A stretch of DNA of 64,000 bases from Chiloscyllium plagiosum (taxonomy: Eukaryota), in contig NC_057720.1 in NCBI RefSeq assembly GCF_004010195.1, positions 33,956,782 through 34,020,781 of the forward strand, in the 5' to 3' direction. Position 1 is the stretch's first letter. Each line of letters starts with the position of its first letter. The position numbers were made by a program, and so were the translations under genes. The notes below the pieces were generated by a model, which was given only the letters and a program-made list of their open reading frames with translations, was not told the DNA's origin and searched no databases. Below are positions 47,742 through 59,084 of the stretch, one piece after another.

Positions 47742-48751
47742 CTTTGAAATCTCCAGTTAGGCTATTAAGTGCATGATTGTAAATTAAAAATGGGGCTCCA
47801 TCCTCTTCTTACGAAAACAAGAAGTTCTGATGAGGAGACTCCTTGCACTCCGAAAGCTTGTCTCCAGAGGAGTTCCCAGTCACTCCATTATCCCACTCAG
47901 GGACACCTTTTTAAACACTTAGTGAGCAGTTTGGAGCTGTTGTGAGTCCCTGTGCGAATCTTGTAATGGCCACAAAAGGTGGAAAGGTGATTTTTTTCAA
48001 GAAGACTGAATTGATTACCTTTTTCAAGAAGCTCAATTTGCTGCATTAGGAACAGAAGATGCAAAAATATTTTATTCTCATTGGTTCCTTCCTAGGACTT
48101 ATCTCTGCATGCCACCCTGAGAATCCTCTGAAGAGGTGAGGTCAGACTTCACAATTCCCCAGATGTTGCCTTCTTGGATGAATAATTAACAGCCTGCCTT
48201 GAAAGAAAAGATTGGAATGGAGTCAATGGATTCAAATTTCCCATCTTTTGGCAAAGGATTTATTTTGAGTGAAACTCATGGCACTGGGTCCTCACTGGCC
48301 AACGATGATATTTCTCTTCCACTCTTTGTCTTATTAATTATGCAACAGGCCCCTTCTACGCCTCTCTCTTTGATTCATGCAGCAGGCGAGATGAAAGTGC
48401 ATGCTGCTGCCAGGACTTTGTGACTGCCTGGTCCTCTGCATAAATCACAGCTGCATAATATTTCACTGCAAGTTAGGAATAGCCATTTGCACTGCCCTTC
48501 TGCAACTCTCATTATTGATGTGTCATGACCACTCAACAGTTGCACCCAGCTCATTCTCCCAAACTATTAACCCTTCTTGCCTCTGTACTTCTACTCACTC
48601 ACTGGAAGCATCTCACCACATCTGCTTTTACATCATCATCAACTGCTTTTCCTTACAATATTCATACTCAGTCACTCCCTTTGTCTTGCTGCAGGAAAAA
48701 TTGGCCCACCCTCAAAATGATGTTTTCTCAGCATCCTACCGAAAGTACGGG

Positions 48752-49659
48752 TAATGCCCAGACTGGTTGCAGTCCTACCACAAATTCAACCCAAACTCTG
48801 GGTCAGATATGTCGATGACACATTTGTAATCATTAAAAACACGGAAATAGAAAAAACACACCGGATCATCAACGCCACACTCACAGGAATCCGATTCACG
48901 AGAGAAGAAGAAAAGGATAGCCAACGCCCATTCCTAGACGTGATGGTACAGAGAACACCGAACGGAGAATTCACTACAAGGGTATACAGGAAACCCACAC
49001 ACACAGACCAAGTCCTAAACTATGAAAGTAACCACCCCAACACACACAAACGAAACTGCATCAGGACACTATTCAAAAGGGCCACAACACACTGCAGTAC
49101 ACCAGAACTGCAAAAAAAAAAGAAGAGGAACACCTATACAAGGTACTCGCCAAAAATGGATACCCGCGCAACTTCATCAAGGACTGCACTAAACACTATA
49201 TAGGACAAACAGGAAGACAGCTAACAATCCGCATACATGAACATCAACTAGCCACGAAACGACACGACCAGCTATCCTTAGTAGCCACACACGCAGACAA
49301 CAAGCAACATGAATTCGACTGGGACAACACTGCTATCATAGGGCAAGCCAGACAGAGAACAGCCAGGGAATTCCTAGAGGCATGGCATTCATCCACAAAC
49401 TCCATCAACAAACACATCGACCTGGACCCAATATACCAACCACTACAGCGGACAGCTGAAACTGACAACCGGAAGCGGCAGGGACAGACCACTATAAACA
49501 CCGGAGGAAACCTCAAAGAAGCGCTTTGCAGGAGGCTCCCAAGCACTGATGATGTCGCCTAGCCAGGGGACGAAACGTTTGCAACAAAAACTTCCAGCTC
49601 GGCGAACAGAACCACAGCAACGAGCACCCGAGCTACAAATCTTCGCACAAACTTTGAAC
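48752..49659 (+). mobile_element. 5'-truncated, internally deleted Penelope-like element (Poseidon-type), relatively young
   Basis: LWVRYVDDTFVI, PFLDVMV, VYRKPTHTDQVLNYESNHP. After a deletion near 49180 it continues DCTKHYIGQTGRQLTIRIHEH (GIY-YIG C-half), then the pLTR. Confidence 0.93.
49543..49582 (+). ncRNA. Minimal hammerhead ribozyme motif (family C variant) on the B4GALT2 sense strand
   Basis: GCA-CTGATGA-T-GTCGCCT-agcc-AGGGGAC-GAAA-CG-TT-TGC. Stem I GCA/TGC, stem II 6 of 7 pairs, palindromic ACGT. Confidence 0.75.
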
Positions 49660-50432
49660 ATCTTTAGTGTTATTTATCTTTCGCATTCTGCAAGTCTGTG
49701 ACTGTTTAGCTCCCGCTCTCACTATACCAACCCCAACCACAATTGTTTATGATGTGTGTGAGAACCTTAATGTCACTTGATGAATGCAGCGGGTCAGTAT
49801 TTGTAATGAAGTGAGTTGAGGTGCGATTTATCTATATGAGGAGCAATGGTTGTGTGGAATAAGAATGGCATCTCATTGCAACAGTACAATGCACAAAGCA
49901 GAAATGAACCTTTTGAGCCAAGTTACTTCTCAGTGATTCAGGAATGGAGCATTTGAACCCCAGAGGGGTTTTCTGTCAGACATTGATTTAAAATGCTGCA
50001 GCAGGTATGTGCTTTTTGACCAGTTCTGTGGTGTTTTGCACATGGGTGCCAGGCTGAGCAATTGTACCTCTTAATTTGCAAACTCTGGAAATCAGGCAGG
50101 GCAGAGATTATAATCTTTTAAATTTCATTTACATATTTAATGCCTTGATTCTAGTGTCTGGTGAGTAAAATTGTGTGCAAATACTCCACTGGTGCCTCAG
50201 AGAGCCATTTGGTTATGTGGGTATTTGATATTGTTGCAAGACAGGAGTGAATTGTATTAGTTTAATATTTTAGAGATATGATGATAGATTTAAACTAAAG
50301 TTAGGAAGTGGGTGAAAGGAAGTGTGAGGATTTTTTATTTGCTCATGCAATGTGGGTGTCACTGGTTAGGCAATTACGTATGCCCATCCCAAGGTGGTGG
50401 TGAGCTGCATTCTTAAACTGCTGCAGTCATTG

Positions 50433-50741
50433 TAAAGTTAAAAATCACACAACACCAGGTTATAGTCCAACAGGTTTAATTGGAAGCACTAGCTTTCGGA
50501 GCGTCACTCCTTCATCAGGTGGTAGTGGAGGGCTCAATCCTAACACACAGAATTTATAGCAAAGATTTACAGTGATGTAACTGAAATTATACATTGAAAA
50601 ATTGATTGTCTGTTAAGCCTTTCATCTGTTAGAATACCATGATAGTTTCGCTTCTTTCATGTATAAATCACAAAACCTTTTTTTAAAAAGTTGCATTCTC
50701 AGGTTAGCTGTTAACAATGGTGATAGCTAGACAATATGTCA
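50433..50741 (-). mobile_element. PLE family A terminal fragment (not fold-back), 9-bp TSD
   Basis: TSD cagtcattg at 50424-50432 and 50742-50750. Extends family A sequence beyond the arms seen at 1391 and 10975. Confidence 0.82.
50487..50521 (-). ncRNA. Minimal hammerhead motif (family A), intact
   Basis: Reverse complement CAC-CTGATGA-A-GGAG-tgacg-CTCC-GAAA-GC-TA-GTG. Confidence 0.72.
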
Positions 50742-51974
50742 CAGTCATTGCAGACATCCACAATATGATTAGAGTGGATGTTTCAAGATTTTGACTCAAG
50801 GACAGTGAAGGAATAGCAATATAGTTCCAAATCAGACTTGTGTGTGTCTTGGAGGGGAACTTCCTAGTGGTTGTATCTCCTGACCTGCCCTTGCAGGTGA
50901 TTAGGAAGGTGCTGTCAAGGGAACCTGGGTGAATTGCTGCAGTGCATCCTATAAATGGTACATACTGCTGCTACCGTGCTTTGGTGATGGAGGCAGTGGA
51001 CTGAGTGCCGATCAAGTGGGCTGCTTTGCCATGCATGGTATCAAGCTTTGTGAGGGTTCTTGGAACTGCACTCATTCAGGCAAGTGGAGGTTATTTACCT
51101 CACACTCTGGTCTTCTTGAGTGGCATGAATGTTATTTGCCACTTAACCTGAACCTGAGTCCTACCCAGGTCGCTCTGTATACAGATACATGCTTCTCAGA
51201 GGGAAATGTAGGATTTAGGCCTATGGACAAAACTAAGGCAGAAATATTGAAGAAGATAAAACAGGACAAGATTTTTCATTCCATTCCTGACTTAGAAAGA
51301 CTAACTAAACTAGGAAATAAACTAGGAACTAGGAGATAACTAACTTAATCCAGGAAATGTAGACTGATGTGCATTTATGCTGTGAGCATAAGAAACAAGA
51401 TTGGAGATCTTGACTCATTGATTAAAATGGCAGAGTAATTCATAATGATGTAGATCTGGCTGTAGCTGTGGCAGGATTGGCAAGAAAATATTCCTAGGCA
51501 TAAAACACTCAGGAGAGGGAACAAAAGAAGAAGGAAGGGGGTATAGTAATATTCATTGTTAACCAGGATTCAGGGATTGAAGTACACAAGTGATTCCAAC
51601 AAAATATCTGGGTGTAGTTCGGTAGCCACAGGACTAATCACATTATTGTGAATGCATTATACATTAATAAGGAATAACAGCAAAATTTGGCCTTTCAGGT
51701 CTGTTCTGGCATTCATTATGATCATGGAGGCTCTTTGAACTCAATAGCCTGTTCCTAATTCTTCCCCATGTCCTTTCATCCCTTTAACTCCAAGTGCTAT
51801 ATCCAATACGTCCTTGACATCATGCAATATTTTGACCTTGACTGCTTTCTATTGTAGAGATTTCCACAGGCTGACCACTCACTAGATGAAGAAATATTTC
51901 CTTAGCTCAATCCTAAACAGTTATCCAGTAACCTTAGACTAAAAGTCCCGGTACTAGACTCCCTCAACATTGAG

Positions 51975-54851
51975 GAGAAAGTGAGGACTGCAGATTCTGG
52001 AGTATCAGAGTTGAAAAATGTAGTGCTGGAAAAACACAGCAGGCCAGGCAGCATCCGAGGAGCAGGAGAATCGACATTTCGGGTATAAGCCCTTCTTCAG
52101 GAATGAGGCTGCTGTGCCAAGCGGCCTGAGATAAAAGGTAGGGGGGGAGGGAATTTGGGGGAGGGGCGCTGGGGGAATACGATAGGTGGAAGGAGGTGAG
52201 GGTGAAGCTGATAGGCCGGAGAGGGTGTGGGGGCGGAGAGGTCGGGAAGAAGATTGCAGTTCAAGAGGGCGGTGCTGAATCCGAGGTTGGGACTGAGATA
52301 AGGTAGGGGGAGGGGAAATGAGGAAGCTGGAGAAATCAACATTCATCCTGTGTGGTTGCAGGGTTCCTAGGCGGAAGATGAGGCACTCTTCCTCCAGGCG
52401 TCGTGTGGCCAGGGTCTGGCGATGGAGGAGGCCAAGGACCTGCATGTCATTGGCAGAGAGGGAGGGGGAGCTAAAGTGTTCAGCCACGGGGTGGTTGGGT
52501 TGGTTGGTGCGGGTGTCCCAGAGGTGTTCTCTGAAACGTTCCACAAGTAGGTGGCCTGTCTCCCCAATATAGAGGAGACCACATCGGATGCAGCGGATAC
52601 AGTAAATGATGTGTGGGGAGGTGCAGGTGAACTTGCGACGGATATAGACGGATCCAATGGGGCCTTGGAGGGAGGTGAGGGGGGAGGTGTGGGCGCAAGT
52701 TTTGCATTTCTTGCGGTTGCAGGGGAAGGTGCCGGGAGTGGAGGTTGGGTTGGTGGGGGGTGTGGACCTGACGGAGTCGCGGATGGAGTGGTCTCTCCTG
52801 AATGCTGATAGGGGAGGAGAGGGAAATATATCCCTGGTGGTGGGGTCTGTCTGGAGATGGCGGAAATGATGGAGGGTGGTACGATGTATCCGGAGGTTGT
52901 TGGGGTGGAAGGTGAGGACCAGTGGGGTTCTGTCCTGGTGGCGATTGGAGGGGCGGGGTTCAAGGACGGAGGTGTGGGAAGTGGAGGAGATGCGGTGGAG
53001 AGCATCGTCGACCACGTCGGAGGGGAAATTGCGGTCTTTGAAGAAGGAGGTCATTTGAGTTGTTCAGTATTGGAATTGGTCCTCCTGGGAGGAGAGGCGG
53101 AGGAATTGGGAATATGGGATGGCGTTTTTACAGGGGGCAGGGTGGGAGGAGGTGTAATCTAGGTAGCTGTGGGAGTCGGTCGGTTTGTAGTAAATGTCTG
53201 TGTTGAGTCGGTCGCCCGAGACAGAAATGGAGAGGTTTAGGAAGGGGAGGGAGGAGTCTGAGACGGCCCAGGTAAATTCGAGGTCAGGGTGGAAGGTGTT
53301 AGTAAAGTGGATGAACTGTTCAACCTCCTCGTGGGAGCATGAGGTAGCGCCAATACAGTCATCGATGTAGCGGAAGAAAAGGTGGGGGTGGTGCCAGTGT
53401 AGCTGCGAAAGATGGACTGTTCCACATATCCTACGAAGAGGCAGGCATAGCTAGGGCCCATGCGGTTGCCCATGGCTACTCCTTTGGTTTGGAGGAAGTG
53501 GGACGATTGGAAGGCGAAGTTGTTAAGAGTGAGGACCAGTTCAGTCAGTCGAAGGAGGGTGTCAGTGGAAGGGTACTGGTTGGGTCGGCGGGAGAGGAAG
53601 AAGCAGATGGCTTGGAAGCCTTCGTGATGGGGGTTGAAGTGTATAGGGACTGGATGTCCATCGTGAAGATAAGGCGTTGGGAGCCGGGGAAGCGAACATC
53701 ATGGAGGAGATGGAGGGCATGGGTGGTGTCCCGAACGTGGGGTGGGGAGTTCTTCGCCTAAGGGGGACAGGACAGTGTCGAGGTATGCAGAGATGAGTTC
53801 AGTGGGGCAGGAGCTGGCTGAGACAATGGGTCGGCCGGGGCAGTCAGGTTCATGGATTTTGGGCAGGAGCTAGAAACGGGTGGTGCGGGGTTGTGGGACT
53901 GTGAGGTTGGAGGCGGTGAATGGGAGATCTCCTGAGGTGATGAGGTTATGGATGGTCTGGGAGATGATGGTTTGGTGATGTTAGGTGGGGTCTTGGTCAA
54001 GGGGGCAGTAGGAGGAGGTGTCCACAAGTTGGCGTCTAGCTTCAGCACTGTAAAGATTGGTGCGCCAAACTACCACTGCACCTCCCTTGCCTGCCAGTTT
54101 GATGGTGAGGTTGGGGTTGGAGCGGAGGGAGTGGACGGCTGCATGTTGTGAGGGTGAGAGGGGTGGACAGGTTGAGGCGGTCAATGTCGCGGCTGCAGTT
54201 GGATATGAAGAGATCGAGGGCGGGTAAGAGGCCAGCACAGGGTGTCCAGGTGGATGGAGTGTGTTGGAGGCGGGAGAAGGGGTCGTCAGAGGTTGGGCAA
54301 GAGTCCTTGTTGAAGAAGTAGGCACGGATGCTAAGGCAGCAGAAGAAATTCTCGATATCTAGCCGCGTGTCGAACTCATTGATCCGGGAGCGTAGGGGGA
54401 TAAAGGTGAAGCCTCTGCTGAGGACTGATTGTTCATGCTCAAAGAGGGGGAGGTCTGGAGGGATAGTGAAAATACGGCAGGACTGGGAGCTAGGACCTGG
54501 GACCTGGTGTGAGGCTGGAGCTGGGTGTTAGTCGTGGGGGTGGAGATTGACATGGGGGTGGAGATTGACGTGGGGGTGGAGATCGACATGGGGGCAGCAT
54601 GGTCCTTGAGCAGGTGAGTGACATCACTGGGGGCGGCAGTAGCTGCGGCAATGGCAGCTCCGGGACGGAAGTGGCGCGCCGGGCAGAAACGGCACTGGTC
54701 CCGGTGGCCGTGGATCCCGCGGCGGCCACGTATCTGTCGGCGATGGTCTTCCTGGCGATCGTGGAGGCGGTTGTCTAAGCGGCAATCGCGGAGGCTGCAT
54801 GGTTGGTGGTGGCTGTTGTCCATGCAGCGATGGGGGCGGACGTGACGTCAC
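51975..54851 (-). mobile_element. Penelope-like retroelement (Neptune-type: RT, Cys-rich linker, GIY-YIG); autonomous relative of family B; frameshifted
   Basis: Minus-strand FTMDIQSLYT, MGNRMGPSYACLFVG and FRYIDD. The 349-aa ORF 52005-53054 has CNRKKCKTC and IIYCIRCIRCGLLYIGETGHLLVERFREH...RRLEEECLIFRLGTLQPHRMN. TSD cattgag at 51968-51974 and 54852-54858. Confidence 0.95.
52071..52103 (-). ncRNA. Minimal hammerhead motif in the 3' end of the Neptune-type PLE
   Basis: Reverse complement TTC-CTGAAGA-A-GGGC-ttat-ACCC-GAAA-TG-TC-GA; one stem II mismatch. Confidence 0.62.
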
Positions 54852-54997
54852 CATTGAGAAGATACATACTATATCCACCGTGTCTAGTCCTGTTAGAATT
54901 TTTTTCGGTTTCTAGGAGATGCCCCCCCCCCCATTCTTCTCATCTCCAGTGATTATACTCCTAACTGATTCAACCTCTCCTGATACGTCAGCTTTTT

Positions 54998-55248
54998 TAG
55001 ATTAGATTACTTACAGTGTGGAAACAGGCCCTTCGGCCCAACAAGTCCACACCGACCCGCCGAAGCACACCCACCCAGACCCATTCCCCTACACCTAACA
55101 CTATGGGCAATTTAGCATGGCCAATTCACCTGACCTGCACATTTTTGGACTGTGGGAGGAAACCGGAGCACCCGGAGGAAACCCACGCAGACACGGGGAG
55201 AATGTGCAAACTCCACACAGTCAGTCGCCTGAGGCGGGAATTGAAGCC
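54998..55248 (-). mobile_element. HE1-like SINE, young, 5'-truncated
   Basis: Nearly identical to the reverse complement of 58145-58400; tail ttagattagattac. Confidence 0.92.
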
Positions 55249-58093
55249 AGAGCTATACCATCCCAGGAATCAGTCTCGTAAACCTTTGCTACTCTTCCTC
55301 TCTGGCAAGAGCATCCTTCCTCAGACAAGGCGACAAAAACTGTACACAGTATTTCAGGTGTGGTCTCACCAAAGATCTGTATAATTGCAGGAAGACACTC
55401 CTGCTCCTGTATTTAAATTCTCCTGCTATGAAGGCCAACATGCCATTTGCCTTCCTTGACTGCCTGCTTACCTTCAGTTACTGGTGTACAAGGACACCCA
55501 AGTCTAATTGCACATTCCCTTCTCTTAATTTATAAACATTCAGAAAATAATCTGCCTTCCTGCTTTTGCACCCAAAGTGGGTGACCTCACAATTATTAAC
55601 TCTTTATGTTGCATCTGCCATGCATTTCCCCAGTTACCCAGCTTTTCCAAATCACACTGTAACATCTCTGCATCCTTCTCACAGCTCTGGCTTCCATCCT
55701 ACTTTGTATCATTTGCAAATTTGGAGATATTTAGTTCTGTCACCTAAATCATGAATACATATTGTGAATAGCTGGGTCCTATCACTAATCCCTGCTATAC
55801 CTTATGAGTCAATGCCTGCTATTTGGGCAAAATAAATCTCCTTGTTCCTACTCATTGTTTCCTGTCTGCCAACCAATTTTCTATCCATTTCTACATCAAT
55901 TCTCTTCCCAATTCCATGTGCTTTAATTTTACACACTAATCTTTGATTTTTTTTCTGTAAGTCCAAACAAGCCATATCTGCTGGCTTCCCCTCAGCTCCA
56001 AGTAACAACTTCACCAAAAGGTAAGTACAGAATAATGAAGCATCACAAGTCTATAATGCTGATGTTTTAGATAGGTTGACTGAAAAAAAATAAGTACAAA
56101 TTTAATTCTGTTGCATGATTCTGACATTCCAAGTGACATTTCCCAAGTGTTTTGTCAGTGTGTTAGTAAGTAGTCTTAGCTGTTAAAGATGCATATCATT
56201 TATATGAGTGGTCTCCACAATTTCTGTCATTATCATTGAAGAGTAGAATTTTTGATAGCTGCATGTTTTCTTGATTGTTCCCAAAGTTTTATCTGATGAA
56301 CCTTCTTTCTATTTAATGGCTTGTTTTTGTTGGAGGGTCAAGAAAAAAGAAGATACGGTTTATAATTTAATGGAATAATTACTCTTTTTTTTAAAAAAAA
56401 TGCCTAGTAATTGAGCACACCAATGTTCATAATGTTCACCAAAGCTCAATGATGTGAGTTAACTCGGTGTGCCATTTTTGAGGAGGTAATGGGCTTTTGT
56501 GGCAAAAGGATTCATATCAGGGAATAACAGATGTGAACTGAAGATATGTTCCACACGATAGAATAATATCTGTGGGCTATTGATTTCTTTGTCAGAATCA
56601 ATCTGACTGGTCATGCTCTTACAAAAGCTATTTGTAAGCCTGATCTAAATGATTTTTATTAATTGCTGTGTGACCAATACAAGGTAAATGGGTTCCCAGT
56701 TGTTTCAGTTAACTTGAGAGCATGTCCTTTGGAATGACATCAACAGCATACGTTCAGTTCCCATTCGGGGCTGAGTCATTGGACCTGAGTCATGTGATCA
56801 TTGGACTTGGCTCCTCATATTGCCCCTAAAAAGTCAATGGCAACCACCGCTGACAAAATCTGCTGAGAAATTAGCTCCAGATGAAGTAGTAGCAGGCAAT
56901 GAGCCCAAAGACCTGCCTTCAAGCAGTGCAAAAGTGACAAGAATGAAATACTGATCTCTAATACAGATCTGTTTGCCCACTACTCTGACAAATATGTCCT
57001 TGTTTCTTTCTCTTTTCCACATGGGTTTACAGTGGCACATCTTATCCCCCCTGGCTGGGATATTGTGAGGAGGCATGTAGAGCTTTCTGAGTTGTTGGTT
57101 CTTGCTTTTTCTCTGGACCTAAAGTCAGTGACTCACTGTTTGACAACATATGGACCTGAACCTGCATTATGCCTCACTGCCAGCTATATGGAAATCAATT
57201 CTTATTTCAAATGGTTTTAAATTGTTGGAAAACTTCAAGTCTGTACATGGGGCGATGTTTGGGAGAATCACACTTGAGTCATTGGTTAATGAGGATGAAA
57301 AAAAGTTATTGCTGACTACCACATGGAGCTGCATTTTGCAGCCCTCCCCCTCACCTGGAGCATATGTTTGGCCATTACAGGAAAATGTAACACATGGCAA
57401 ATGGACAGCCCACTGCATTCCCATACCACTAACCTGATCCATATAACACAGTAAGCAAACAAGCACCAAACTGAGAGCCTTGTGCAATTTTTAAAAACTA
57501 AATACTTGATAGCTAATTGAGCTTGTTAACCAGCTAGTTGGTCTGAACTTATGCAGCCCATGTGATAAAACATTTGGTATTGACAGTCAAGATTCAGAAG
57601 ACCCACATTTAAATAACTTGGTGAAAAAAGATGGCAGGAAGGTTGGGGAAGATATACCTTGTGCACGTAACAGGTACAACCCCTTGTGTTCCTTCCCAAC
57701 TAGCCTTGAAAACCCATTCTCCATTGCCCTCCTCTCTAGGTTCCCGTCACCTTTCAGACCTAATTTCTCTTAGTCCAGAGCTCTGCTTCCTAAGGTTTTA
57801 TTGCAGTTTCAGCAGTACCCATTAGAGTGAGCTAGAGTGCAGCTGGAATTTCCAGAGGTAGACTGGGGCATGCAGCACGTGTCCCCATCCTCTGTAAATT
57901 TAAGTTCATGAGATGAGAGCCTAATTCACTCAAAATTGATCATTTGTACAAGAATTAAAATTGGGCCATTATGTTCCACAGTCAAAGAGCTGTGGAAATG
58001 TTAATTTGAGCCATTTCAAAGGCTCCTTCTGACAAAAATAATCTCTCAGTTCTGAAAAATCAGGACAGACCAGATACACTTTGTAAACTGTGT

Positions 58094-58409
58094 GGGCGGC
58101 ACGGTGGCACAGTCGTTAGCACTGCTGCCTCACAGTGCCAAAGACCCGGGTTCAATTCCCATCTCAGGCGATTGACTGTGTGGAGTTTGCACATTCTCCC
58201 CGTGTCTGCGTGGGTTTCCTCCGGGTGCTCCAGTTTCCTCCCACAGTCCAAAAATGTGCAGGTTAGGTGAATTGACCATGCTAAATTGCCCATAGTGTTA
58301 GGTGTAGGGGAATGGGTCTGGGTGGGTGTGCTTCGGCGGGTCGGTGTGGACTTGTTGGGCCGAAGGGCCTGTTTCCACACTGTAAGTAATCTAATCTAAT
58401 CTAATCTAA
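58094..58409 (+). mobile_element. HE1-like tRNA-derived SINE, young, full length
   Basis: A box TGGCACAGTCG, B box GGTTCAATTCC, (TAATC)n tail. Confidence 0.93.
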
Positions 58410-59084
58410 ATGTTGGGCATTGGGACTGTCTTGGGCAGAAAATAACAATTAGCCAGAAAGGTTGGACTCAAAAAGAGCAGTCAAAAGATTATTTTATTCA
58501 GTGTCCCAATTCAATGTCCTACATGTCCGTGATCAAGATAAGTGATGTTGGATTCCTATCATGAATATTCCTTTTTAAAATGTATTTTGCATATCTGTAC
58601 CACAGTTCCTGCTGGCCATTTTTAAGCACCAGTAATTACATGTACAGACTTTCCTGTTTTCCAAAGAAATTAATGATTGGACCTAGACATGTAAGAAATG
58701 TCAAGTAGCCTCACCCATGTAATATAAACTGACACCAGCAATTGAGGATTGAGTCAATTCATTTTAATTGAATGCAGTAAAATCATTCCACCAGAAAAGG
58801 TATCCAATACAATTCCTCTAGATACCTTGAGCAGTCCTGCAGAAACCTACTATGTGTCTCTAATGCAGCCATGCAGAAAGTATTGCCATGTCTGGTTTTG
58901 AGGCAGCTAGTTTGTTCATTTTAGTGAGCTGCACAGAAGTTTCTTATTAAGGTTGGATATCAAAACTGTTTTAAATACTGGCCATTTTATGATGCAGAAG
59001 CATTTGTTTTTCTTATTTACAAAAATATTCATCCTCACTGTAGCAAACATCAGAACTCAAAGCATAATTAAAAAAACATTTTAG

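Larger units (their letters stand above)
50332..51110 (-). mobile_element. Old LINE 3' fragment (same tail family as 31330-32020), interrupted by a PLE family A insertion
   Basis: The tail reads tttttatttgctcatgcaatgtgggtgtc...tgcccatccc on +; the body resumes after 50750. Confidence 0.6.
51670..55990 (-). mobile_element. CR1-clade LINE 3' portion, split by a PLE (51975-54851) and a SINE (54998-55248)
   Basis: CR1 sequence is contiguous across both insertions (gtactagactccctcaa...tatccaccgtgtctagtcctgttagaatt). Minus-strand RT remnants lie at 55800-55990. Confidence 0.8.

Noticed and set aside
56596..56683. Possible next B4GALT2 exon: ttctttgtcag|A ATC AAT CTG ACT GGT (INLTG, like the expected ISLTG) with a gtaaat donor at 56684
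   Set aside because: Similarity ends after five residues, there is an in-frame TAA at 56660-56662, the expected RYRMIKH motif is absent and the length does not fit. Treated as chance unless RNA-seq shows it is spliced.
58094..58165. tRNA gene (A and B boxes present)
   Set aside because: It is the tRNA-derived head of a SINE, followed by SINE body and (TAATC)n tail, and is repeated several times in the window.
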